The notes: generated by a model from the letters alone, not told the origin. Positions 1 through 13,001 are shown, counted from the first letter of the whole stretch. The stretch is 62,247 nt of DNA, filler included, from Catajapyx aquilonaris (GCA_000934665.2; 4 parts of 4 records of this genome joined end to end with filler, not necessarily neighbours in it), one strand, 5' to 3'. Translations and numbers: made by a program.

Positions 1-923
1 CCCGAAATGACTCCTGGCGCTCTCAGGTGAGCGCCCGCTGCAAAACGCCCCGGCAGGGGGTGGGTGGGAGTGACCAGACCTTACTTATATGACCGTGATG
101 CTCACCAATGCAATGGAAAAATATTGGTTTACAACACATTCAATTAACTTGTTAACTCATTGAGGCATATGATGATCTGTGGGATTTTGAACTGGGCGCG
201 CTAGAGTTTAGACAGAAATGGCACAGTTTGAGGCTCAATCTGCTCCTACCACCTCGTGGAAGGAGGCTCAACTACCATGGCGTATGCTAATCAGTGTTCC
301 CGCCTCCCAGCGTGAGCTAAACATACCCCATCCCGCAGCGTCAGAACAGGGTGTCCCGTAAGTCTGGACTCTTAGTAATTTCTCATAGGACAGTGTTTTA
401 GTATTATTTTGTAACTATAGTAACAATTTAATAGTGACTTTAAAAATTGAAATAAATTTAATTATATTTCAAATTAATTACACTTTAAATTTTTTCTGTA
501 GATATATTTTTCCCGCATTTTACATTTAAAAGGACCACCACGAGTTAAAATGATAAATATTGGAGCATATTGTTTTTCATTAATATCACTCCTACAAATT
601 TTCATCAAGAAATGAAAAAAACCGCTGCAAAAACTCCGCCGTCACAGGGTTAATGAAGCATATACATGCCCTTTTTATCAGAATGTATGTACTTGTACAT
701 TTATCACACACTGTTCATGTGCGCTATGACATAATCAAAAGAAACTATGCACTTCCTCGAGCACACAGGGCAAGTCTGTGCAGTGACCTATCTTTTTCCC
801 CTGGGAGACATTGAACTACTGTAATATCCATTGGTTTCAATTATTATTTCAGGGGAACAAAAGATTTTTCAGTGTATGGGGATATTATGTCAAATGCTGA
901 TTGTTACTATGACCAGGAACATA

Positions 924-2076
924 CAGGGGTTGGACAAAATAATGGGGCCCCCTGCAAAAAGCGGGTGAATTTTCTCCTCCATTGTACTTGAAAACTGGAA
1001 ATGTTACAGTGATGACCTTTACTGATTTTTGACGCTCTGTCGATGTACAGCCACGAGCATGAAGTTGGAGATGGCAGGGTGCTCTGCCAATCTTAGCTAT
1101 TACGGTATCAAATATACTGTTATAAATACATGAACACACGCCTGAAGCAGCTAATTCTGTCCAAAAATAGTCCATTAATTTGAGTCAGATAAAGAAAGGT
1201 CAGAGAAGGCCGGCAGAGTCTCCAACTTTATGCTTGCGGGTGTACATTTACAGACATGAAGATGACATAAAAATCACAAGAGGGGGGGGGGGGGGGNGAG
1301 AAACAAAAGACTAATGACACCCCCCTAGACCCCATTTTTGATCATAGTGTCCCACCCATTTCATTTGAAAACGAAAATAGTTACAGATATGAACTTTACT
1401 GGGTTTTGAACCTTTATCGATGTCACTTTGTTTGGTATAGAGATGGACCAAAATTACCGACAGGGGGCGGAGGAAAAAATAGAAACGACACCCCCCTTCC
1501 CCGGTGCTAAATCTGAGAAGAGGTTGGATAAAATAAGGTTTAGTAAGTTTGGGTCGAATTTTTGTCCCACTGCTAGTTACTATTAACTTATCAGTGCCTT
1601 ATTTGGCACTGGTACTGCTAAGTTAGCATTAACTAGCAGTGGGACGAAAATTTTCCATTGTTTGCATTCAAGCAGTGCAAGGGAAGGGGGTTGTCGTTTC
1701 TATTTCCCCCCCTCCCCCTGTCGGTAATTTTGGTCCACCTCTATCCCACACAAAGTGACATCAATGGAGCTTCAAATTCGAGTAAAGTTAATATCTGTGA
1801 CTATTTTCATTTTCAAATGAAAAGGGTGGGACACTCTGGTCAAAAATGAGATCTGCGGGGGGGAGGGGGTGTCGTTAGTCTTTTGTTTCCACCCCCCCCC
1901 CCCCCCCCCCCAANCCTCTTGTGATTTTTGTGTCATCTTCATGTCTGTGAATGTACATCGACAGAGTTTCAAAAATTAGTAGAAGTCATTTCTGTAACTT
2001 TTCCAGTTTTCGAGTAAAATGGAGGAGACAATTAATCCGCTTTTTGCAGGGGCCCCGTTATTTTGTCTAACCCCTG
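924..2076. mobile_element. Long-TIR Tc1/mariner-type foldback element with nested MITE (1048-1242) and central hairpin (about 1557-1653)
   Basis: TA-CAGGGGTTGGACAAAATAA...TTATTTTGTCTAACCCCTG-TA; arms pair over about 380 bp once the TA-flanked insert is removed. Confidence 0.85.
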
Positions 2077-2100
2077 TATATGGTAACCATTAAGCTAGAG

Positions 2101-2539
2101 CAGGGCTATTCAACTGGCGGACCGCGACGTAATTTTGTCCGGACTGCGACGATATACAGGACAGTTTGAATTAGCATTAGAAATTACTAATTCATGGTTT
2201 TTTGGAAAAAGTGCTACCAATTTTATCAAATACACATCCATTCAAATCTCCCACTTTCACCTAAGCTCGTGTGACCTTCAACCCCCCCCCCCCGAAAAAA
2301 AAATTTCGCCTGCGGCAGGCTTGCTCCCCATCCTTTGCGGCTNNNNNNNNNNNNNNNNNNNNNNNNNNNNNNNNNNNNNNNNNNNNNNNNNNNNNNNNNN
2401 NNNNNNNNNNNNNNNNNNNNNNNNNNNNNNNNNNNNNNNNNNNNNNNNTTTACCGGGGGGGGGGGGGGGGGGGTCCGGACTTTCAATGGCCCAGGAAAGG
2501 TAAATACTGGACCTTGTCATACAACGTTGAATACCCATG
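2101..2539. mobile_element. hAT-type MITE (partial second copy 47579-47665)
   Basis: CAGGGCTATTCAAC / GTTGAATACCCATG; degenerate nnnTAnnn 8-bp flanks. Confidence 0.7.
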
Positions 2540-2632
2540 GCCTATAGTATTACTGTACTCAAGAGAAGTTTTACCCGGTTGTTTGAACAATTGGCACATT
2601 ATGCCTATCATAACAGTACATGTCTAATGGCC

Positions 2633-3103
2633 TGTTAGGAAATACAAATGCATTTATATAGAGAGTTCCTGGCTGTTCGTCCAGCAATGGCCGACCCTGC
2701 CGATACAGCAGGCCTGCCCTGCCACTACGGGGAAGACTGGGGCGCCTACTCAAGCGGTCTTCAGACCTGACTCGTATTTCTTGGCCGGACGGGGTGCTTG
2801 GGGCAAAACCCACCCCTGTCCCTGGGCTGACCCCGGCATTTCAGTACAGCCGGGGCCAGTCCTCCTTTCCCCCCACCCCTCCAACCCACCCCGAACCTTG
2901 CAATCCCATACCTTCCCACCCTTTCCCCCCGGTTAACAAGGCCATGCCACCTGAGGGCCATACCTACTGGGGTAATCCCTTCCAAACTAACCAGCCAATA
3001 TTCCATGCCTGCTCTTGCCCTCCCTCCCAGTTGCGGCCCAGCGCCCAGCTCACTGACATAATCTACAGGCCGCCACAACATGCTCCATCTCAGAAGGGTA
3101 ACA
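2633..3103 (-). mobile_element. Possible solo LTR
   Basis: GC-rich 471-bp block bounded by TGTTA...TAACA; no TSD found. Confidence 0.4.
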
Positions 3104-3452
3104 ACTTGAAACTATACCTTTCTTACAGATTTACTGCAGATTTGGCATAGCGTGTCTAGCAACTAGACAGCTGGTAGCCTCTTTTAAACTGAGACTTCCA
3201 GGTGTTTGGATTTACCCCATTTCATCTTATTTCCTGCACCAAAAATGTGACAACTATCATTTACAAGAACAATAAATTGCTGTTTGTGCTTGATATTACA
3301 ACATTTTCTCCAATGTTATGCCTTCTTGCACTAAGGATGATTTCTCCTTCCTTCTTCAAGGAGCATTTTATGAATATTCCCATAATTTCTAAGTGCCACT
3401 CATTAAAATGTTCAAAACTCCTCACTTTGAAAAACAAGTACAGAGTATTGTG

Positions 3453-3551
3453 TTACTTGACATTGACCATCTTCAGTACCCACGACCACTGGCCTTTGAG
3501 CTGGGACATAGGTGGAAATGCAATTTCCCACCCAGTCTTCCTACGACGAAA
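3453..3551 (-). CDS. FUCA: alpha-L-fucosidase, terminal coding exon (absent from ORF track)
   Basis: Acceptor cttcttttttttcag; translates FRRRKTGWEIAFPPMSQLKGQWSWVLKMVNVK*, the typical GH29 QWxWVLKL C-terminus. Exons total 1356 nt = 451 aa plus stop. Confidence 0.92.
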   Translation of the reverse strand, partial: FRRRKTGWEIAFPPMSQLKGQWSWVLKMVNVK

Positions 3552-3705
3552 CTGAAAAAAAGAAGTATAAAATTACTGCCATATATACAGTATGAACATA
3601 TGCACATGCATATATACAGTATACTGTATAATATATGCATACATTTATGATAAAGAACACCTCTTCCCTGCATGCAAAACATGTCCATATAATGGACTTA
3701 AAATA

Positions 3706-3901
3706 CAGTGGAACTTATACAACTTGAACTGTCCTAAGTTGATTTTCTCGATCCTGAAGTTCCCTGTAATTCCAACTGCTGGCAATAATTTACAATGGAG
3801 CTTATGCATTTTTAGTATTTTTTATTAATTTTTTACTATTACAACCAGAAGTTTAACTTTTTTATGGCCCTTTGCAGATCTGAGTTGTTAAAGTTCCACT
3901 G
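3706..3901. mobile_element. pogo-type MITE
   Basis: TA-CAGTGGAACTT ... AAGTTCCACTG. Confidence 0.7.
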
Positions 3902-4213
3902 CATTTGAAACTGTCAAAAATCGAGTAGCTATTACATCAACATGTTAAGGTAAGTGTACCAGTGATCGCCATGTTAAGAAAAAAAAAATCCCATCGGACA
4001 CTCTTACTTGGGGAATCATTTAAGAAACCTTCGATTTTAAAATATTGTTTGAATCGTTGAAACTTACTCTTTCAGCCAGTGCATATTCGTTCCACATCAG
4101 ACGAGAAAATTTTGTGTTAAAAATTGTTATATGCAAGTGTGTACATGCTACACTATTCACCACCAAAAATGATGACTGTTCCAGTATTCCACACCAGTCA
4201 TGTCCCAGTATTA

Positions 4214-4411
4214 CTCTCCGATTCGCATAAGTCCGAACCTTTTCAGGAATACATACGCTCGAGGGGGTGAGCCACCGTAAAATTAGTCCCCGGTATCGCT
4301 GGCTTTCTCAGAAACAGTGGTGGTGCATGTAATTCGAATGCCTAATTATCATGGATATGCCTAATTATCATGGATATCCAAAAAAGGTTCACACTTATGC
4401 GATTCGGAGAG
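4214..4411. mobile_element. Tc1/mariner (Stowaway-like) MITE
   Basis: TA-CTCTCCGATTCGCATAAGT ... ACTTATGCGATTCGGAGAG-TA. Confidence 0.8.
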
Positions 4412-6247
4412 TACCCACCTAGTGGGGGCCTTCACTTCAATGGTTGGGTCGCCATACGCTCGACACGATGACACCCTCCATATTTACTGCTGCTGTGTCA
4501 ATAGCATCAGGGAAGGGTCAGTTTTAAGTCATGTCAGTTAACAGAACTTCAGGTACGACTCTATAGAAAACCTTTCCTCGACCTCTGGCGACCCGTATGA
4601 CCCCTCCCCCACATCCAGATTTTTATTACCAAAATGTTCTACCAGGTACAATGCTTACGTAGATTTGAGATAAATTTCCCATTTAAAGTTTTCCTACTTT
4701 GCCTTGCCTTTTACTCCTATCTTTTCTTTCTTGTAATTCCCTTTTCCCAGCCTTCCCCATAACCATTAAAAACATGCTGGTGATCAAGGGGTTGGGAACA
4801 GGATAAACATTTCCTCCATAGAGTTGTACCATTCTTAACCCAGTTATGCAGAGTGTCACACCTGCACAGTTGTTGCATTTAAATCTTTTTGCGCAGGTTC
4901 TTCTGCTGCTCAAGAGCTGGCAGTAGTCAAGCGTGCTTCAGTAGAGTCCCAGCTAACGATACAAGTTCAAATCTGCTCAATATTGCTTCAGATTTTTAAG
5001 ATACAGGTGTTTGAATTTTAACGCAGGAAATAATGGCTGCACCTCCAAGTTCCGAAGACGATTAGTAATTAATTCTCGAATGTTGATTAACATTATGAGT
5101 TATTTTTTGTTTGTAATACTTAGAAAACTTATGAATGATGATGTCGATGTGGAAATATAGGCATATTTTCACTTTCCTTGTCTGAGAGTAGTGCTGAAAT
5201 CTGGTGTCCCCTCTGGGGAATGCAAGAGGCAAATACACCCACATTTGGACAAGTAAAGTAGTGTGTGGATTTTGTACGCTTTGTTGAACTGTATTTTAAT
5301 GAATCCATACAATTAAAACGAGATTACATGGCAATTGGTTAACATGGCAACCATTGCAACAATCCTTGATTGTTGTTGATTGTGACTAAATTACAACCCC
5401 TTCTTTGCACGGCCTGTTTCTGTGGTAATGCAATCGACAACAAAATCCTTGGTGATATTATGAAACTATGGATATTGCTGAATGTCACTGTTGCGATGGT
5501 AATGTAATCAACAACTATTATAGCCATACAAGGTTACATTTTCCTAGCATCCCATAATTATAGGGAACTGCCATTTACTCGCAAACAAGGATTCAGAAAA
5601 ATGTTTTATCTCGATTTTTGTGTTTTGGGAACTAATAGAAACAAAAAAGGTTCAAAAATGCAACTACAACTTTTCCCGGCATATCTGGGTTAATAAGAGG
5701 TACCGGTACTGGAATGTGTAGGTGTCAATGGGCTATTATTCTGTTTTCATGAAGTCAACATCCATGCGTTTTTCCACGTCTTTTGGTTCCAGTAATCTCC
5801 AACCTAATACTTTCTTAGCATAATATTTACCAAAAATGCCATCATATTTGAAAACTTTAAAACATTGACTTATTTTTCTGCTCAGAAAAAAAAAACTCTT
5901 ACATTTCATTATATGGCAGGTTTTATTTTCTACTTATTGATGCTTAACGAACAAGCTAAGAAAAGCACCGCTTCACGGCAAAAATCAGACCTCATTTTTG
6001 CAAATGCTTATCTTTCCCGAAGTAGGTCATGAATGGTGACACCCAGTGATGAGTCAGCCCCAAAGGGATGGGAAATGTTGCCAGATGTTGCACTTCCTTG
6101 CCAGATTGCTGCACTACCTTGTTTTTTTTAACTTTCCAGTCTCAGTTGGCGAATACATGGACAGTGCGGGATACTGGTACACTTACCTTAATATGACTTC
6201 ACAGTCCTCAATTATTAACAAAAACACTTTGAGAAACTATAACTCAC

Positions 6248-6552
6248 CGGAAGATTTTCCATCAATGTATCACCTAAAATGCTGATTTGTGACTTATTTA
6301 GTTCCAGCTGTGGTGCTCCCAACACCAAAGAGCTCCTCTTCGGCCAGAAGGGCACAAGGGCATACACAATTCCACTTCTTGTTGTGTACCAAACACCAGG
6401 AGTTATGGTGTCATTCTGAGCTCGCCAAGGCTTGGACTCATAAACTGCTTCACCATTAATTGCCAACCATTGGCCCATTTGCCTCAAGCGCTCCTCAAAT
6501 ATTGGAATTATGCGACCTTCTTTGGTTGGACCAACGTTCACAAGGAGATTTC
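6248..6552 (-). CDS. FUCA: alpha-L-fucosidase, coding exon 3
   Basis: 62-nt intron 6553-6614; reads [13 protein letters not shown]...[20 protein letters not shown]; donor CCG|gtgagt at 6247 (phase 0). Confidence 0.96.
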
Positions 6553-6614
6553 CTAGGTAAGAAAATACATGTCATGTAAATAAATGTATTTTGCAATACC
6601 ACCACCAGCCTTAC

Positions 6615-7118
6615 CTCCACAGCTAATGGTCTCAGCCAAAGTAGTTAGCAGCTCTTCAATGGTTAAGTAATCAGATAATGCAGCTTCTCTCCTATATCCC
6701 CATGATTTCTTGTCCACAGTCATTGCATTTTCCCACTTGTGTTTTTGCAACACCCCTGGGTTGTACCTATCCGAGCAAGTGTAAAAGTCTCCATGGTGAC
6801 AAGGTATACCTAATCCCCATCGATCATTGACCACCACTGTATCTTTGACTGGACTCTCATTGTAGAGCCAGGCTAAGAAACCAGTGGCGTTCCAGTAGGG
6901 CTCGGGAGCTTCCCAGTCTCCATCAGACCAGATGACTTCTGGGTGATATTCATTCACAAGTTCGTGGAGTTCAGGTATTGCCTTCTGTTCTGCAAATTGC
7001 CGCCGAAGAAACAAGTCTGACTTGTCACTTAAGTACATTGGGTTGAACCACTCGAACAAAGAGTGATATACTCCAAAATGTATGTCTGTTTTGTTGCGAA
7101 TGGCAGAAGCGAGAGCAC
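6615..7118 (-). CDS. FUCA: alpha-L-fucosidase, coding exon 2 (catalytic nucleophile WSDG)
   Basis: Acceptor ttttttacag|GT gives G|GT Gly in frame; motifs [37 protein letters not shown]; donor GGAG|gtaagg at 6614. Confidence 0.97.
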
Positions 7119-7893
7119 CTGTAAAAAACAAAACTCAAAAAGAACTGTTCACATGGAATAAATTCAGTGAAACCTACACATAGCACAATAACTAGGTACA
7201 CAATATTTTCTACAATGTAAAGTTTCTGCTGTACAGAACAGTCCTAACTAAAAAATTTGTGTTCAAACTCATTCAAATTAACTAGTATTCCCAGGTCCAT
7301 AATTCTGCCCTCACCTGTCAAGACATGTCTGTGTGGGGAACAACTTCAGCCCAATTTCACCCAGATGCGCCCAGATAACAATTCAGAATAGAATTTATAA
7401 AACAGCAACAACATGAAATGACATACGTGAATCCCTGCATAAAATTATGGACAAAATATTAATAGCCAATTGCACCACCAGTAGGAGCACTCACAGGAAA
7501 GGTTTGCCTCCCACCAACCCATGCTATTGCACACGGCTGTAGGAAAATCCCAAGTAGCGGTAAGCATAATCGCAGTTTGTGTAATTAGACCTAATTTTAT
7601 GTCCCGAGGTTTCATTACAGATCTAAAAATATCTTATTTGTTTCTGCATTAGACATGGTCCATTACACCCAACAACAAAAAAAAAACAACTGTCCCTTGC
7701 AGCTGCTGGACTGTGAAATCTTTCTGCAGTATTGTCTATATGATTTCTGCTCTATGTGGGGTTTGTTACTACTTGCCCAAATTCAGAATAATTCGGCCAC
7801 CTTGAAATTGTGGCTGCTCAATTTCCAGGGAGGCATCTCACACTCATAAAACGACACCCAGGGTGCCAGAAAGGTGCCCACCGAAAAGGGTGG

Positions 7894-9027
7894 GTCTTGG
7901 CCCACGATTTCACTAAATATGGAACCTCTAGGATAATTACCATATTTGATACAAGGTATTTAAAGTGCATCACAAGCTGCAGAATAATTCGGCCATAGCG
8001 CTCACTGTGCCAAAATAAATCGGCCAGATGATGTGACCCCGCTGTAGTAGGGAAACTTGTAAGCCATGTGGAAGTTTGCCATAGGCATTCGCATCATGTA
8101 TCATATGGGCATCTTGTCAGTCGCAAACATGGTCCGTGGAAGAACACTTGGTGGTGAAATCTTGAAAGTTCACAAAGATGACAAATCCACGCGCACCATG
8201 GCAAGAGAACATTGGACCACTGTGACAGGCAAACGACAGTCCGTATCAACGTGTCGACAGTGGCTACATATGCAGAGATATGACTTATATCAGACAAATA
8301 AGGGTGTACGTTGAAAAAGAATTTCTGAAAATGTTACAGGACCATAACAATCGTGCTGTTATTGTAGGGAAAGACGAGTCCTCTCTTGACAGCTGTTCAA
8401 AAGGGGAAAAAACTAGCATAGGTGAAGGAGAGAAGGAAATTGAGGAAAGCGATCTGGTCGAAGGTCATTTTTAGTCATGGGTCCATGTTAGAGGTCAGCC
8501 CTGGTGGAAACTGGCGGCGGATTCGGCGCACCAAGTGCGGTACATGTCTTTCCCTACAATAACAGCGCAATTGTTATGGACCTGTAACGTTTTCAGAAAT
8601 TCTTTTTCAATGTACACCCTCATTTGCCTGATAGAAGTCATATCCCTGCATATGTAGCCACTGTCAACACATTGACACGGACTGTCGTTTGCCTGTCACA
8701 GTGGTCCAATGTTGTCTTGCCATGGTGCACGTGGATTTGTCATCTTCGTGAATCTTCCAGATTTCACCACCAAGTGTTCTTCCGCGGACCATGTTTGCGA
8801 CTGACAAGATGCCCATATGATACGTGATGCGAATGCCAATGGCAAACTTCCATATGGCTTACAAGTTTCTCTACTACAGTGGGGTCACATCATCTGGCCA
8901 ATTTATTTTGGCACAGTGAGCGCTATGGCCGAATTATTCTGCAGCTTGTGACGCACTTTAAATAACTTGTATCAAATATGGTAATTATCCTAGAGGTTAC
9001 ATATTTAGTGTAATCATGGGCCAAGAC
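7894..9027. repeat. Long inverted repeat (482-bp arms, 170-bp spacer) in a fucosidase intron
   Basis: 7894-8375 is the reverse complement of 8546-9027 with scattered substitutions. Confidence 0.95.
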
Positions 9028-9252
9028 GGACTTTGCGAGAAATAAATTAATACTTATTTGCAGCTTTCTGGCACTTCAAAAAAAAGCAAATAAATTTGGA
9101 AGTTTTCCGAAGTGCCAGAAGGGGGAATGATTTGTATTTAATTTGGTGGAAGGCTGGAAGCCTTGGAGGAGACTGGTCATAATAAATCTTTGGCATGCAA
9201 ATGACATACATGAAGTCCAATTTGAGCAGTTTTCAGTTATTTACACAACTAA

Positions 9253-9411
9253 GGCCGGGTTGCACCGGCTCCAGGAAAATTTGTCTGGCCAAAGAAGAGC
9301 CAGGTTAGTTTGTTATTCATTGTTGACAGAATTGTTGACAACAATGAATAACAAACTAACCTGGCTCTTCTTTGGCCAGACAAATTTTCCTGGAGCCGGT
9401 GCAACCCGGCC
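9253..9411. mobile_element. PIF/Harbinger (Tourist-like) palindromic MITE
   Basis: TAA-GGCCGGGTTGCACC...GGTGCAACCCGGCC-TAA; arms match over about 73 bp. Confidence 0.9.
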
Positions 9412-9688
9412 TAAGCAGCATTTTTAATGCTCTATCGCCTCGTAAAGTCCATTTAGTCCTAAAAATTCACAGGATGTTCTATCTTCATTAGCATGTAAGC
9501 AAGTGTAAGGTCAAATGTTGTCCTACAATTATCTCAAAACTGGTTTTTTGGACTGAGCGTGTTTCACTTGTATGCTGATGAAACATGGTTGGCAGCAACC
9601 AATGTTTTCTAGATCAGGTCCATGACCTTGACTTACCCTGCAAGCCAATGAGAATGACCCAGGGACATTATTGCCCCTATATAAATAC

Positions 9689-10136
9689 CTATCAAGTCCT
9701 GATGTGGTCCAACATCTACAGAGTTCCAATTAAAGGCAGTTTTAGACGGCCACAGTGTAAATCCTTCATGATGCTTGCTCGTGAGGACCACATATTTGGC
9801 TCCGCTGCTGTTGAACAGATCTGCCCACCAGTCCGGATCAAAAAACTCGGCCGTGAATTCTGGGCCAAAGTCTGCATACGTGAAACCAGGGCGGTAATTT
9901 CTCTTCATGAATTCCACATAAGATTTGGCTCCCGATGCCCAGTTGATCCAGAACCATTCAGAACCAAATGATGGTACAGAAAAAACGCCCCAGTGCAAAA
10001 AGATCCCAATTTTGGCCTCATCATACCACTTGGGAAGAGGCCTCTGGTCCAAACTGTCCCAGTTGGGCTGGTACTGACAGTGAGATATACCCAGAGAAGC
10101 ACTTAGTACTAACACAGCAAGTGCAGAGCCCACCAT
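9689..10136 (-). CDS. FUCA: alpha-L-fucosidase (GH29), coding exon 1 of 4
   Basis: Signal-peptide-like N-terminus, then [34 protein letters not shown] and [15 protein letters not shown] motifs; donor ATAG|gtattt at 9688 (phase 1); acceptor ttttcag at 10155 implies a further upstream exon. Confidence 0.97.
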
Positions 10137-10403
10137 ATTCCCAGATACAGGTGCCTGAAAATGAATACAAATTGATACCTATAAGGGTGTTTTTACCAGA
10201 GATTCTTAACCCTGGAGCCGTGCCGTGGGGTCTTTTTGGACCCCAGGGAATAAAATGCATTTAAATGATAATTACAATGAACTTTTGCAATTTTTTTACA
10301 GTATATAACAGGAAGTGCAGGTTTATTCTGAATTAGCGATCATTTTAGGTATTGTTCAAAGAATGATTGTATTATATAGTCAATACATGGAAAAGTATTA
10401 TAT

Positions 10404-10524
10404 CCTCCTGAGACCTGATGTCCTATATATTGGACATCAGCAAAAATAAAAAGGTGTCAACTGAAATTGACGCCAATTTTTTTTTTGCTGATGTCTAATA
10501 TATTGGACATCAGGTCTAAGGAGG
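10404..10524. mobile_element. Palindromic MITE with ATAT TSD (piggyBac-like), inside a TTAA-CCC element starting at 10210
   Basis: ATAT-CCTCCTGAGACCTGATGTCC ... GGACATCAGGTCTAAGGAGG-ATAT. Confidence 0.8.
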
Positions 10525-10607
10525 ATATAAAAATTAATAAAAATTAAAATATAGTGGGGTCCGAAAAGACCCCATGGCACGGTTGCCGTAATACTCTCAG
10601 GCACGGC

Positions 10608-10877
10608 CAGTGGCGGATCTAGACGTCGTTGTTGGGGGGGGGNNNNNNNNNNNNNNNNNNNNNNNNNNNNNNNNNNNNNNNNNNNNNNNNNNNNNNNNNN
10701 NNNNNNNNNNNNNNNNNNNNNNNNNNNNNNNNNNNNNNNNNNNNNNNNNNNNNNNNNNNNNNNNNNNNNNNNNNNNNNNNNNNNNNNNNNNNNNNNNNNN
10801 NNNNNNNNNNNNNNNNNNNNNNNNNNNNNNNNNNNNNNNNNNNCACCCCCCCCCCCCCCCCAATAGATCTGCCACTG
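10608..10877. mobile_element. hAT-type MITE spanning an assembly gap
   Basis: CAGTGGCGGATCTA / TAGATCTGCCACTG; perfect 8-bp TSD GGCACGGC. Confidence 0.88.
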
Positions 10878-11776
10878 GGCACGGCACGGTTCCAGTTGAT
10901 GGTAGAAAAACTGTGGCACCAAATTGTGCCAGATCATTGAATAAATATCACACAGAAGAATCTGACTATGAGATTTTTAAAATGCATCCAACCTGGTGCA
11001 AATGACACTAAGGTGTGACCTGGAGGAATTGCCACTGAAAAGCAAACTTCCAGGAATATCTGAGCAGTAGGAGTGGAAATAAGTGTCATTTATTAGGATG
11101 ACTTAGCCAATGTGGGCCCCAGAAAAAACCACACTTTGGGGCCAGCAAGCACAACCTCCAATTATTTTGTTCCCATTTTTTTCTCCCTCACATACGTGGT
11201 GTGGCTTAAAAATTCGGCGAATGTTCGGATATCTTGAATGCAACGCATGCGATTAGTTTGAGCACGTGCACGACATCCAGTGACACGACTAGAAGCACCT
11301 CCTAGCATGGAGTATGCATGGCCAAAAGGGCACTGCTGCTGCTGTCATTCAAGTGCAGCCTGTGTGAGAGGTGGCATTGAACAGTAATGGTGCAAGAACA
11401 CAACATTAAGATTTGCTTCCAATTGGGGTAAACCAGTCATACACACATTTTCTGGTCACAATGTCCTTTTTGTACAGCTTGATCAACATCTCGTGCATCT
11501 CTGTTTTCCCCAAATTGAAGCAGAACATAATGTCGTGTTGTTGCTCCACTGCTGCTTGACGCCACCTCTGACACAGACCGGATGTCCATGCACATTACAA
11601 GTATTTATGTATGCCTATGCTACCTACTGCAGCATTGCAGCAGGCCTTCCAGCCCTGGCTGCAGGCTACTTTTATTTTGCTACAATCAAAATCCATCACA
11701 GCAGAGGGAATGATTCAAGACGGTTCATGAAAATATGATCCCCTAAAAGGCCCAAGGAGGCCTATCACGGGGTATC

Positions 11777-11829
<53 letters not shown>

Positions 11830-11950
11830 TAATTATATTATTAAGAATAATATCAATATCAATATTATTAACAATAATAATATCAATATCAATATTATTA
11901 ACAATAATAATATTAATATTAATATTAACAATATTATTAATATTACTAAT
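11777..11950. repeat. (TAT)n microsatellite and AT-rich decay; another (TTA)n at 29344-29404
   Basis: Directly visible; the first follows a retroposon-type 3' end GGCCTATCACGGGGTATC. Confidence 0.9.
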
Positions 11951-13001
11951 AAAATTGCATCAACAGTCCATCATAAATTATGTCAATGTCCTCAGCAACG
12001 TCCCGCAGTCATCATCAAGTGACAATGAACATGTGCCCTTGAAAAAAAAATAAACAATGTAATGTTCAGTGGTTCGGTGGAGTGACAGTTCATGGTCAGC
12101 AGATATCTATTCTTAACTTATTGTGATAATGTCACATGCTGTTAGCTTCTGACACATCTCAGCAGTTAGAAACTGCTTCACCGAATTATTCTACAGTAAA
12201 CAACAAACATTCCGGTGATCACCAAACCCTAAGTAACGACAAGAGCTCTTGGTAACGATAATATTGTAATGTGCAATCCTCATTATTATATTAGATTGCA
12301 TTATTATGTCCTAAAGGTGTCATCCGTAAGTAGTACACCATGCCTGCTGCCGCATGCTCCACACTATGTGCAGTCAGCTGATAGCAATGATCGTACTTGT
12401 CATCACCATCGTAGATCGTACTTGCCAGTGTATGTCCCAAAGCAGCTTGACGTCTCTGGCGTGGCAGACTGACGCCTGACTTGCTGGTACCTTCCCTACT
12501 TCGTTATTTAGACAGCATGCCGGACGCCTCACGGCAGCAGCACGCAAATGACACAATCTAAATGACCAAATTCCTCACGTGCCAAGCTGAGATAGTCTGC
12601 CTCCTACGCCGCCGCTCCCGCCGAATTTTGTTGCGGCGACGGCGCCAATGTTTCCGCATGACTTTCGAGAACAATTACGTTTTGATATTCACTGCCCTTC
12701 CGTGCATCCACATTTCAAAAGACACCGACCAAGCCACGCATGAATGATAATAACCTTGGATTTACATAAAACGCCCGGAATACGTACATTCACCTAGCGG
12801 ACATTTGCTTAATTAAAGATTTAGCGGCAATTTCGAATGAGAGCAAAACAGGTGGTTATGTTACTCCTTGTTGTATGTGAGTCATTCCACCCGAAAACGG
12901 ACATTTTGGTGCAAAGTGAGGTTTTAAAAGCGTTTTTTAAAATTAGCTTTTTAAACTCTCATGTCAACCAAAATTTCGGTGTTTCTGTGGAATGACCTTC
13001 A

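Noticed and set aside
12558..12659. Ribosomal protein L41 gene
   Set aside because: Only compositional similarity (MRxxWR, Arg-rich) to a normally near-invariant protein.
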